Source of the DNA: a virus
Taxonomy: Duplodnaviria > Caudoviricetes
Direction: 5' to 3' (one strand)
Virus record (IMG/VR): IMGVR_UViG_3300010162_000393
Span: 1 to 64,000 of that record
Length of the DNA stretch: 64,000 bases
Of this stretch, positions 54,696 through 64,000 are shown one piece after another. The first letter of the stretch is position 1; each line of letters begins with the position of its first letter. The notes beneath the pieces were generated by a model, which was given only the letters and a program-made list of their open reading frames with translations, was not told where the DNA came from and did no database searches. Made by a program: the position numbers and the translations under genes.

Positions 54696-57600
54696 ATGGC
54701 ACATTATCCATACAATGATTTACGTTTAGAATGTACAATAACCAATAGCGGAAATTCAAATGAATTTGTTGCAAAAGAGTGGGTTACACCAGCCGTACCG
54801 GTTGCAGCATGGGAGGGGACAAAAGAACCTATGTTAACTGGTTTAGCATTTCCCAAACCAACAAATTTGAGATATGCTAATATAACCAACCATGTCTATT
54901 CGCCAACAAGAAATACCGCATATTATTATAATAACCAAGTTATTCAATATTCAAGTGTATTAAGTCCAATTCGGTTAGTATATATATTGAAAATTACCGA
55001 TTTTATTATGACAAGTTGTACGGTTGGGTGTTTGCACCCAGACGGGGTAATATTTTTATGTAATAATAACACTAGTTCTTCAAGAGCAATATTAGTAAAG
55101 GAAATAAGTGAAGAACCATTTGCTGATTATGAAACAATACATAATTATCCGGGTGCTTTACCGGATACTAATGGTAATAGGAGACTTCATTTTGTTCATT
55201 ATTATGATAATAAATTCTATGCGCAAAATGGTGTAGTATATGATATGAATTATAACGAAATTGCTACCCATTTAGTTGATAACACAGCAAAAGTAGCACC
55301 CGTTAATCCAAAACTTCAACCAAATAGATGGTGGATTGGTACAGCTACTGCAAATGGTGGAACAAAATCGTGTTATATTTCAAATAATGATAGTGCGAAT
55401 AGTTATACAAATTCTTTATCTGTTTCCCATTTTTATCGTGATGTTGAAATTAATTCAACAACAACTGATCCAGCATCAATATCGTTTAATTGGAAAGGTG
55501 TTGGTGATACGACTTGGGGTTATTTACAGTTTCGTGTTATAGAAACTAGTGAAACGCCGGTACCAGGTACACTACCTTCAGGATCCTCTCTTGTTGGTAA
55601 TTTATTTAATAGTTCAGTGTGGATAAATAGAGTTGTTACTCTAGGTGAAATGTCTGGTGTAAAACGTATTGTGTTTACATGGCGTAATACCGCAAATACT
55701 ACTTACCAACCACCTGCTGCCGTAGATAACATTATTATTAAGACGAATGTTGGTCCAGATATTATTGAGGATTTTGAGAGCGGTGATGGTACAACACTTG
55801 ATAATTGGGTGTTTCCGGATCCTCTAGTTATATTACCACCAAATATATCATATTACGGTTTTAATACAGAAAGAGATATATTATATGGTTATAATGCTAA
55901 TCTATTGAATACAAATAATGGGGATGGAAAATTTCTTTGTAATATTCGTATTAATAATACCGGAAATTTAATTCTAGCTGTTTATGATGTTGTAAGTAAT
56001 AATGTTAAAGTGTTAAATAGCATAGTAACAAATAATATATCATATTTTGGTTATTATTTTGCGAATAATTGTGTTGTTGTATTAATGCATGATATTTTGG
56101 ACTCCCAAACACCAAGAATGGCAAAGGTTAAAATATATGATTTAATTTCCGATAATATAACGGAATTAGATATTAAACGATCAACCACTTTCACAACTTT
56201 TTATGTTAGACCAACATTTGATAAAAGATATGTAAACATTGCAACAAATCTTACTGTTGCTACTACACCACGCATATATGAAACATATTTTACATTTGTT
56301 GATACTATTGATAAGCGAATAATAACCAGAAACGGATCATATTCTTATAATAATAATTCTGGTAGTAACGATACTGCTCTTTCTTTTCATATGACTTATG
56401 CGTATGCTTTTATTGAATATGAAGGTGAATTTGTTGGTATCCATACAAAATTGAGTGATGGTAATGCGCTACATTCATTATGTGATGTTCCGGTAGTTCT
56501 TGGTGATAGAATATATTCATACGGACATACTTCAGCAAACCATCCTGTTTATTTTGTGGATAAAACGAATCAATTAACATTATTATCAACAAATGATAAT
56601 ACATATCAAGAACTTAATCCAACAACCACACCTGTATGGTTTTTACCTACTTCTAATCTTGTTTATTTACAATATAATAATAATATATATAAAATAGGTA
56701 TTTCTAATTTTTATGTTGGAACTAATAATTATAGCGTTTCGTTGGTTGTTTCGGTTTATGATGTTGCTTCTTATTCATGGAGTGTTGTTAATAAATTGAA
56801 TTTATCTAGTGGTAATAATAATAGTGATTTTAGAATTATTCGCGCATGTTTTGATGAAGATTATGTGTATTTATTAGTAAACTATGCAAATAGTACCGCA
56901 TTAAGAATAATTATATTTAATAAAATAACATACGAGTTAATATCAAATACTGATGCTCAACGTAATCAACCATTTTATATTAGTTTTAATAATACTCAAA
57001 CTGCTCTTTGGAATTTTAGTAGTAGATATGGAAATGGTAGTAGTAATTTGCGACCAACAATATCAACATCTAATATGTTTTATAACAATTTTTATCTTTT
57101 CTTTGACATTAGTTATACACCAGTCCCATTTATGATATATGATATGAAAACACGTATAATTCATCAAATGATGTGGGATGGTTGTAATAGTACAACCTCT
57201 GGACTATCTATACCAAGTAATACGGCTAGTAATTATACAATTACATTCGTTGAGTTGGATAATAATAAAATATTAGCTTCAGCGTTTTTTAATAATAATT
57301 TTAGTTTAATATTAGAACATGATTTATCTACAAGATCAACTATTTTGTTAAACCATTCAAACTGGAATGATAGTACTATGGGGCGTGAAAGAAAACTTGT
57401 ACTTGGTAATATTTATAGGGTTGCTGATCGTATATATATTAATACCACAGCAACCACAGGTGGTGTGGCATTTGATCTTGATTATAACCCTGTTTCTTTT
57501 AGTGGTATTACACCAACTCAAGATTATTCAGATTATTATCGTCTTAATTATAATAACATTACACCTCATTATTTTGTAAATTCAGATAACACAATAATAA

Positions 57601-60008
57601 AAGATAATGATGTTATAACTGTAACAAATATTGATTCCGGATATGTTTTAAGAACACATCTTTATGTGGATGGTATGTCATGTGTGTTATGTGGAAGAAC
57701 TAACGATAAACCAAGATTATATCTTTTAAATGAAGATTTTTCAGTTACATTTTTACGTGAATATAATGAAAGTAGTATTTCTCATACCAGTAATAATAAT
57801 ATTATTAATAGAAATGTTTGGAATATTGGAAAAAATGTTTTATATTCCGGTAGGATACCGAATACATTGCCTTTGAAAAGGATACCTTCAAACGTTTCCT
57901 CAATGAGTTATATCAACCCAATGAGAAATCATGATTCATTTTATCTTGTTTCATTCGCTAATGGTGGTATTATGAAACAAACTGGTCCAACAACATTTAC
58001 ATTAACTACTGCGCCTGTTGAATATACATATAGCGCATTTGGTATAAGCACAAATACAATACTTTTACGTGGAAGATATGCTGGTACTAGTAACGATTTG
58101 TGGTATAAATGGGATGAATTTAACACTCCTGCATGGGTTCAATGTGGTGGTACTAATCCATCTTCTCCAACACTTGTTACACAAAATACTTGTACTGATA
58201 GGATTTATATTATGAATAGTAGTCAAATATTTAAATATGATCGTAATACAAATACTATTAATTTATTTCAAACTTTGGGTGGTTTTATTGCTACTGATTT
58301 GTATATACAACATAAAGATCACAAAGAAGGTAGAATGTATTTTGTTAGAAATAATATACTATATAGAGAATCAGATGATTTATTATCAATAGTAGAAGTG
58401 TTAAGAAGCGAAACTAATATTGTTAATGTTATTATTTGTCCCGGAGATTTGTTGTATTATGCTAATACAAGGGATGTGTTTTCATTTAATGGAGTAACAC
58501 AAAATAGAATTGGTACAACAGGGTCAACGACTAATATTGTTGATATAGCAATTGATGGTGATGGAGTGATTTGGGGTATAACAGGTAGCACAACATTTAA
58601 TATTAAAAATGGTGTTATAAGTGAAAGTATTACAATGTGTAGATATATAACTGTATCAAGTCAAACTAATCAAAGAGAATTATCAGCGACTTATGGTGCA
58701 CTAACAAGACTTATAATTGAACCAGAACATAATAGAAGGTTTATGTTTAATACTAATTATCAATTTTATTGGTCTGATTTATACAATATTAATATAACAC
58801 GTACTCAACGAACTATTGATACCGGAAGGATAAGATTATTTTTATATAATAATTATATATTTAGTATTAGTGATACTGAAGTAGTGGTTTGGTTCGTAGA
58901 TGTCTACGGGAATCTCGTGTCTTCAGAATTTGATTGGCAAATGGGTAACGATAAAAGACATCTCGTTTGTTATAAACCGTTTGCGGTTGGTGCTGATACA
59001 CATATATGGGATAACCCTAACCCAAGTGGTGTAATTGAAAATATGCACACCAGTGATATAACTGATGTGATAACCGACCAGTATTCTGGTTGGATGCAAA
59101 TAGCTGGTAATTGGGAATCTTTTAATGCAATTGTACCTAGAAAGTCTAATGAATATTCATATAATAGTAGACCAAGATTTTGGGATCAAAATATTAAAAT
59201 TAATAATATGGAAGTTGCTAGCAGAGTTTCGATATGGACAGGAACTGAAAGTATATATTTACCACTTAATATTATTGCTGTAACAAATAAACTTGTTGGT
59301 TCAGGAAATGATTTAAGGATTTCATTGACTGTAAAGGGAAGTGGGTATATGTACCTTAGTTGGGGTGTAGATTCACCAATACAAGTAGAATTGACCGGTT
59401 CTGAACAAACATTCGATTATCAATACACAGCAAAAAATTTTCATACAATAACTATCTATGCAAATGATGTTACATACTTTAAATGTACTAAAGCTAAATT
59501 AATGCAGGTGGATATATCGAAAAATAAAACATTAACACGTATAGATGTTCAGGATAATTTATTATGGGAATATGAATTAAATCATATTATTGAACATCTA
59601 CCACCAGTAACAGGAGGAACAATTAAAATTTGTGATAATCCTGCTTCAGATACTTGTGATAGATTTAGTGTTATTGAAAAAGGATGGGATTTTGATGCAT
59701 ATCAGGATAATATTGATATCACAGAAGTCAATAATTCTATTGTAAATATTTATGATACACATGGTGATATAGATGATAATGAAAATAATGTTAAAACCAT
59801 TGAACAAGCAAGAGCAAGTGTTATGCGCATTCTTGCAACCACATATCCTGTGGATTTTAATGATGTGAAACCAACGTTAGAAGACATTGCGTTTGTTCCT
59901 GCCGGAGGTGGTGTAAACGGTTATTATGATTTTTATATGAAACTCAATAAGTGTGAGGGAGCAGAACAGATCGTAGGACCATTAAGATTAGATATTTGGG
60001 CAGTTTAA
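54696..60008 (+). CDS. Large N/T/Y-rich beta-structure protein (1770 aa), probable distal receptor-binding component
   Basis: Contains a WWIGTA...PPAAVDNI beta-sandwich, propeller-like strands and a short C-terminal LRR-like segment (VDISKNKTLTRIDVQDNLL). Confidence 0.8.
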   Translation: MAHYPYNDLRLECTITNSGNSNEFVAKEWVTPAVPVAAWEGTKEPMLTGLAFPKPTNLRYANITNHVYSPTRNTAYYYNNQVIQYSSVLSPIRLVYILKITDFIMTSCTVGCLHPDGVIFLCNNNTSSSRAILVKEISEEPFADYETIHNYPGALPDTNGNRRLHFVHYYDNKFYAQNGVVYDMNYNEIATHLVDNTAKVAPVNPKLQPNRWWIGTATANGGTKSCYISNNDSANSYTNSLSVSHFYRDVEINSTTTDPASISFNWKGVGDTTWGYLQFRVIETSETPVPGTLPSGSSLVGNLFNSSVWINRVVTLGEMSGVKRIVFTWRNTANTTYQPPAAVDNIIIKTNVGPDIIEDFESGDGTTLDNWVFPDPLVILPPNISYYGFNTERDILYGYNANLLNTNNGDGKFLCNIRINNTGNLILAVYDVVSNNVKVLNSIVTNNISYFGYYFANNCVVVLMHDILDSQTPRMAKVKIYDLISDNITELDIKRSTTFTTFYVRPTFDKRYVNIATNLTVATTPRIYETYFTFVDTIDKRIITRNGSYSYNNNSGSNDTALSFHMTYAYAFIEYEGEFVGIHTKLSDGNALHSLCDVPVVLGDRIYSYGHTSANHPVYFVDKTNQLTLLSTNDNTYQELNPTTTPVWFLPTSNLVYLQYNNNIYKIGISNFYVGTNNYSVSLVVSVYDVASYSWSVVNKLNLSSGNNNSDFRIIRACFDEDYVYLLVNYANSTALRIIIFNKITYELISNTDAQRNQPFYISFNNTQTALWNFSSRYGNGSSNLRPTISTSNMFYNNFYLFFDISYTPVPFMIYDMKTRIIHQMMWDGCNSTTSGLSIPSNTASNYTITFVELDNNKILASAFFNNNFSLILEHDLSTRSTILLNHSNWNDSTMGRERKLVLGNIYRVADRIYINTTATTGGVAFDLDYNPVSFSGITPTQDYSDYYRLNYNNITPHYFVNSDNTIIKDNDVITVTNIDSGYVLRTHLYVDGMSCVLCGRTNDKPRLYLLNEDFSVTFLREYNESSISHTSNNNIINRNVWNIGKNVLYSGRIPNTLPLKRIPSNVSSMSYINPMRNHDSFYLVSFANGGIMKQTGPTTFTLTTAPVEYTYSAFGISTNTILLRGRYAGTSNDLWYKWDEFNTPAWVQCGGTNPSSPTLVTQNTCTDRIYIMNSSQIFKYDRNTNTINLFQTLGGFIATDLYIQHKDHKEGRMYFVRNNILYRESDDLLSIVEVLRSETNIVNVIICPGDLLYYANTRDVFSFNGVTQNRIGTTGSTTNIVDIAIDGDGVIWGITGSTTFNIKNGVISESITMCRYITVSSQTNQRELSATYGALTRLIIEPEHNRRFMFNTNYQFYWSDLYNINITRTQRTIDTGRIRLFLYNNYIFSISDTEVVVWFVDVYGNLVSSEFDWQMGNDKRHLVCYKPFAVGADTHIWDNPNPSGVIENMHTSDITDVITDQYSGWMQIAGNWESFNAIVPRKSNEYSYNSRPRFWDQNIKINNMEVASRVSIWTGTESIYLPLNIIAVTNKLVGSGNDLRISLTVKGSGYMYLSWGVDSPIQVELTGSEQTFDYQYTAKNFHTITIYANDVTYFKCTKAKLMQVDISKNKTLTRIDVQDNLLWEYELNHIIEHLPPVTGGTIKICDNPASDTCDRFSVIEKGWDFDAYQDNIDITEVNNSIVNIYDTHGDIDDNENNVKTIEQARASVMRILATTYPVDFNDVKPTLEDIAFVPAGGGVNGYYDFYMKLNKCEGAEQIVGPLRLDIWAV

Positions 60009-60041
60009 ATTTAAAAATAATACAATAAAAATATAATAAAA

Positions 60042-63000
60042 ATGATAAAACAGGATTTAATAGAATTTATTGAAACCAGAGTATTTCAAAATACAGATAA
60101 TACAATAAGAGCACAAGCTGTACAGGAAGCGTTATACGAAATTGTTAAAAATGTGTGTGGAAAAGCAAAATCACGCGAACCATACCTGATTACCAAAATC
60201 AATGAGTATATTTATCCAAATTTGACTTCTGATATTACAGATATTGTGTTGCAGGATATTCTTGTATTAATGGTTGATGAATTATGGTTTCATGAAGACT
60301 CAAAAAATGACCTTATAACATACATTCAAGAAAATGTTGTAGCAGAGATAACCGGTGATATTTTGAGCGTTGTGTTGGTTAAAATGGTTAACGATCTGTG
60401 GTATGATCCGGCAGAGTTTTGTTCTTGTGAAATACCGTTGGCAGCAGGAACCGTTGGGGATAATATTAGTTGGAAAATATGTTCTACATATAAAGCATTG
60501 TGTTTGGAAGGTGCCGGTGATATGTTAAATCTTGAACACGGACAATACGGGTGGGAGAGTTATAATAACGATATTAAAATAGTTGTTATTGATAATGGAA
60601 TTACTTCCATTGGAAATTCTGCCTTTTCGTTTAATACAAATCTAATTGATGTTGTTATTGGAAATTCTGTTAGAATAATAGGTGAGAAGGTTTTTCAAGG
60701 TTGTAATAAATTACCTTTAATAATTTTTCCGAATTCGGTTACTTCTCTTGGTCAATATATTTTTGATGGATGTAGTGAATTATCAATGATTGAAATGAGT
60801 GGTTCGATTAGATTTATTGGGGATTCTGCATTCCGTAATTGTATAAATTTAAGTGAAATAACCTTACCAAACTCAGTGACAACTATTGAATCATTTGCAT
60901 TCAAAGGTTGTATAAATTTAAGTGAAATAACCTTACCAAACTCAGTGACAACTATTGAAGACGGTGTTTTTGATGGTTGTAGCGGTTTGCTTGATGTTTA
61001 TATGGGATTTTCGACTACAAAAATTGGTGATTTTGCTTTTAATAATTGTATAAATTTAAGTAAAATTATAATACCGGATTTTGTAACCTATATTGGAACA
61101 TCATCTTTTCAAAATTGTGCTAATTTAATTGAAGTAATTATACCATTTTTAACGGAAGTAATAGGGGAATATGCCTTTATGGGTTGTGGTAAATTAACCA
61201 GATTAACTATTGGGGATTCGGTAACAACAATTGCTAATAATGCTTTCAGCGGTTGTGTAAATGTAGAAAGAATCGCAAATTATGCTATGGTACCACAAAT
61301 AATTAATATTAATGTGTTTGATGGTATAAATAAAAACACTTGTTTATTATTGGTTCCTGGGGAAGCATTTGATTTGTATAAAGAAACTGATGTTTGGAAA
61401 GATTTTATAAATATTGAAAAATTTGACGTTGAAGAAGAATTTTGTACATGTAATAACCCAATAGTAGAAAATATTCTTGGTTCACAATCCAATAAATGGT
61501 GGATTGGTACATCTACTGCAAATGGTGGAACAAAGTCATGTTATATTTCAGATAATAATAGTACAAATACTTATAATTCCACAACATCTATTTCACATTT
61601 TTATCGCGATGTTGAAATTAATTCAACAACAACAAATCAAGCAGTACTATCGTTTGATTGGAAGTGTGCCGGATGGTCATCTAGTAACGGTTACTTAAGT
61701 GTTCGTGTTATAGAGACTACTGAAACACCTATTCCCGGTGTGTTTCCTTCAGGGACATCAATTGTTGGTAATTTATGGAATAATCGGTCAACATGGTTAA
61801 ATAGGGTTGTTAATTTAGGTAATATGTCTGGTGTAAAACGTATTGTGTTTACATGGTATAATACTTCTGGTGTTGATAACCCACCTGCTGCCGTAGATAA
61901 CATTATTATTAAGACGAATGTTGGTCCAGATATTGTTGAGGATTTTGAGAGCGGTGATGGTACTACACTTGATAATTGGGTTATTAATGGGGAAACTGGA
62001 CCAAAATGGAAAATATGTCCAAATAATACTTTGTGTATCACTGGTAATGGTATTATACCCAATATACCAAATGGTACACTTTGGAAATCCACAAGTAATT
62101 CTGCTATTATTCAAAGAATTGTTATTGGAAAAAATATCACTTCTATTGCCGCTAATGCTTTTGAAAATCTTAAAAATGTAATGAGCGTAAGTATTGGAAA
62201 TTCTGTTACTGTTATCGGTAACTATGCTTTCAGTGGTTGTGATAATTTAAATGATGTGAATATTGGAAATTCTGTTATAAATATTAGTCAATATGCTTTT
62301 CAGAACTGTTTTAATTTACAGAGAATAATTATACCGAATTTGGTTATTACTATAGATAACTATGCTTTTAGTGGTTGTAGTAGTTTGATGAATGTAATTA
62401 TTGGTAACTCTGTTGCAAGTATTGGTAACTATGCTTTTAGTGGTTGTAGTAATTTACCAAGAGTAGTAATCCCTAATTCAGTAATAACTATTGGTAATTA
62501 TGCGTTTTCTAATTGTAGAAAATTAACAGAAATAACAATACCAGATTCTGTAACATCAATTGGTAGCAACACATTTTCTTATTGTACTAGTTTAACTAAT
62601 GCTATTATTGGAAATTCTGTAACATCAATTGGTAATTTGGTTTTTGAGGCATGTCGTGATTTAACAGAAATTACAATTGGAAGTTCTGTTAGTTCGATTG
62701 CATCAAACGCATTTTCAGGTGGTTCTAATTTAATATCTAATAGATGGCATGTTGGTACAGCAATAAATAATGGCGGTAATAAATCGTGTTACATTAGTAA
62801 TAATAATAAAGATAATACTACTTCAGGTATTTCATCTAGCGGAATGGTATATTTTTATCGAGACATTAATATTAATTCAACAGAACAAAATCGTGCAACA
62901 ATTTCATTTGATTGGATGTGCGTTGGACCAAATTGGGGTATAGATTTTGACGCATTGAGAGTGTATCTCGTAGATACCAATATAACCCCTGTGGCGAACA

Positions 63001-64000
63001 CCTTATTAACTAATGAATTTATTCTTCTAAATGGAAATCAACAAGGTACTAATAATACTTCATGGCAGAACTATAATTATGTGACACCAATAATGCAAAA
63101 GGAGATGCGCCTTATATTTGGTTGGAGAAAAAATAGTGGTTTAACTAGTAATTATACAGCAGCAATAGATAATGTTCGTATCAAAACAAATATCGGAGCA
63201 GATATTTTTGAAGATTTTGAAAATGGAAACGGTGATAGATTAGATGGTTGGGAAATTGTAAACGGTGGGTTTATGATGAATTTGAAAAAAATTACTATAG
63301 TAGATGGTGATAACCCTTTAACACTTAATAATATATTTCCGAATACAGTTGAAGAAGTATATATAGGTAGAAATATATATAATTCTTCAGCATCACCTTT
63401 TGGTGTCGGCGTTAAAAAAGTTACTATAAATAATAATGTTGCTGTACTTGGTGATTCTCTTTTTTCTAATTGTGTTAATTTATCTGAAATCACTCTTCCT
63501 AATTCACTTATATTAATTAATAGTTATACATTTAGCGGTTGTACTTCTTTATCTAGTATTATTATACCTAATTTAGTTGAGTATATTAATCCTAGTGCAT
63601 TCCAAAATTGTACTTCTTTATCTAGTGTTACCATTGGAAATTCGGTAAAAACTATTAGTACTTCTGCTTTTAGCGGTTGTACTTCTTTATCTAGTGTTAC
63701 CATTGGAAATTCGGTAGAAACTATTGGTACTTCTGCTTTTAGCGGTTGTACTTATTTATTTAGTGTTATCATTCCAAATTCGGTAGAAACTATTGGTACT
63801 TCTGCTTTTAGCGGTTGTACTTCTTTATCTAGTGTTACCATTGGAAATTCAGTAAAAACTATTAGTGCTTCTGCTTTTAACAATTGTAATAGTTTAGTAG
63901 AAATAACAATCCCTAGTTCCGTTTTATTAATTGAAAATAATTGTTTTAACGGGTGTACTAATTTGAAAAAACTAACTATAGATGGTACTAATAGCAGTGA
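60042..64000 (+). CDS. BspA-type leucine-rich-repeat (LRR_5) protein, truncated by the window end
   Basis: ATG at 60042 (MIKQDLIEFIE). Absent from the ORF track, consistent with a frame open to the window end. Many 23-aa I-x-IPNSVT-x-IG-x-x-AF-x-GC-x-x-L units, two caps, and two inserted WxxGTA...AAxDN modules. Confidence 0.9.
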   Translation, partial: MIKQDLIEFIETRVFQNTDNTIRAQAVQEALYEIVKNVCGKAKSREPYLITKINEYIYPNLTSDITDIVLQDILVLMVDELWFHEDSKNDLITYIQENVVAEITGDILSVVLVKMVNDLWYDPAEFCSCEIPLAAGTVGDNISWKICSTYKALCLEGAGDMLNLEHGQYGWESYNNDIKIVVIDNGITSIGNSAFSFNTNLIDVVIGNSVRIIGEKVFQGCNKLPLIIFPNSVTSLGQYIFDGCSELSMIEMSGSIRFIGDSAFRNCINLSEITLPNSVTTIESFAFKGCINLSEITLPNSVTTIEDGVFDGCSGLLDVYMGFSTTKIGDFAFNNCINLSKIIIPDFVTYIGTSSFQNCANLIEVIIPFLTEVIGEYAFMGCGKLTRLTIGDSVTTIANNAFSGCVNVERIANYAMVPQIININVFDGINKNTCLLLVPGEAFDLYKETDVWKDFINIEKFDVEEEFCTCNNPIVENILGSQSNKWWIGTSTANGGTKSCYISDNNSTNTYNSTTSISHFYRDVEINSTTTNQAVLSFDWKCAGWSSSNGYLSVRVIETTETPIPGVFPSGTSIVGNLWNNRSTWLNRVVNLGNMSGVKRIVFTWYNTSGVDNPPAAVDNIIIKTNVGPDIVEDFESGDGTTLDNWVINGETGPKWKICPNNTLCITGNGIIPNIPNGTLWKSTSNSAIIQRIVIGKNITSIAANAFENLKNVMSVSIGNSVTVIGNYAFSGCDNLNDVNIGNSVINISQYAFQNCFNLQRIIIPNLVITIDNYAFSGCSSLMNVIIGNSVASIGNYAFSGCSNLPRVVIPNSVITIGNYAFSNCRKLTEITIPDSVTSIGSNTFSYCTSLTNAIIGNSVTSIGNLVFEACRDLTEITIGSSVSSIASNAFSGGSNLISNRWHVGTAINNGGNKSCYISNNNKDNTTSGISSSGMVYFYRDININSTEQNRATISFDWMCVGPNWGIDFDALRVYLVDTNITPVANTLLTNEFILLNGNQQGTNNTSWQNYNYVTPIMQKEMRLIFGWRKNSGLTSNYTAAIDNVRIKTNIGADIFEDFENGNGDRLDGWEIVNGGFMMNLKKITIVDGDNPLTLNNIFPNTVEEVYIGRNIYNSSASPFGVGVKKVTINNNVAVLGDSLFSNCVNLSEITLPNSLILINSYTFSGCTSLSSIIIPNLVEYINPSAFQNCTSLSSVTIGNSVKTISTSAFSGCTSLSSVTIGNSVETIGTSAFSGCTYLFSVIIPNSVETIGTSAFSGCTSLSSVTIGNSVKTISASAFNNCNSLVEITIPSSVLLIENNCFNGCTNLKKLTIDGTNSS
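63590..63880 (+). repeat. Near-identical 69-bp tandem LRR-coding repeats
   Basis: The tgtacttctttatctagtgttaccattggaaattc...actatt.gtacttctgcttttagcggt unit is repeated. A second near-exact pair occurs at about 60840-60960. Confidence 0.85.

Noticed and set aside
54635-54710. T4 gene 60-style ribosomal bypass between the repeated CATTAT sites
   Set aside because: There is no stop codon adjacent to the putative take-off codon and no hairpin, and the downstream gene has a normal ATG with an A-rich leader. Kept only as a testable alternative.
1-64000. Stop-codon reassignment as in some Bacteroidota jumbo phages
   Set aside because: Core genes are full length in the standard code, and TAG, TGA and TAA all end genes at sensible positions.

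Overview
This AT-rich 64 kb window comes from a large tailed-phage (jumbo-phage-like) genome using the standard genetic code. The host is most likely a Bacteroidota species, judging from two Bacteroidota-type sigma70 genes, a TTTG-N20-TAnnTTTG promoter, and BspA and T9SS-cargo-like domains. The left half (1-34.3 kb) holds replication, regulation and auxiliary genes: family B DNA polymerase, DnaB-like helicase, SbcC/SbcD, terminase large subunit, RNA ligase, ParB, DnaJ, NUDIX, methylglyoxal synthase, a CX5R phosphatase, three DNA methyltransferases, a triplet of paralogues, and a TnpB gene bounded by 25-bp terminal inverted repeats and an 8-bp direct repeat. The right half (34.4-64 kb) is a four-gene locus for a giant modular fibre or adhesin: a 5796-aa Ig-repeat protein, 929-aa and 1770-aa partners, and a BspA-type LRR protein that runs off the window. 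Top candidates for novelty: (i) the fibre locus, where Ig domains are split across gene boundaries, acidic FxxDFxxDF loops may dock a triplicated N-terminal module, and a circularly permuted domain and a beta-propeller are plugged into loops; (ii) the TIR/TSD-bounded TnpB-only element; (iii) two recurring strand-oriented upstream motifs (GATCAGAAAA and CTATTTAT) together with two divergent phage sigma factors. All calls were made by eye from motifs. No database searches or structure predictions were run.
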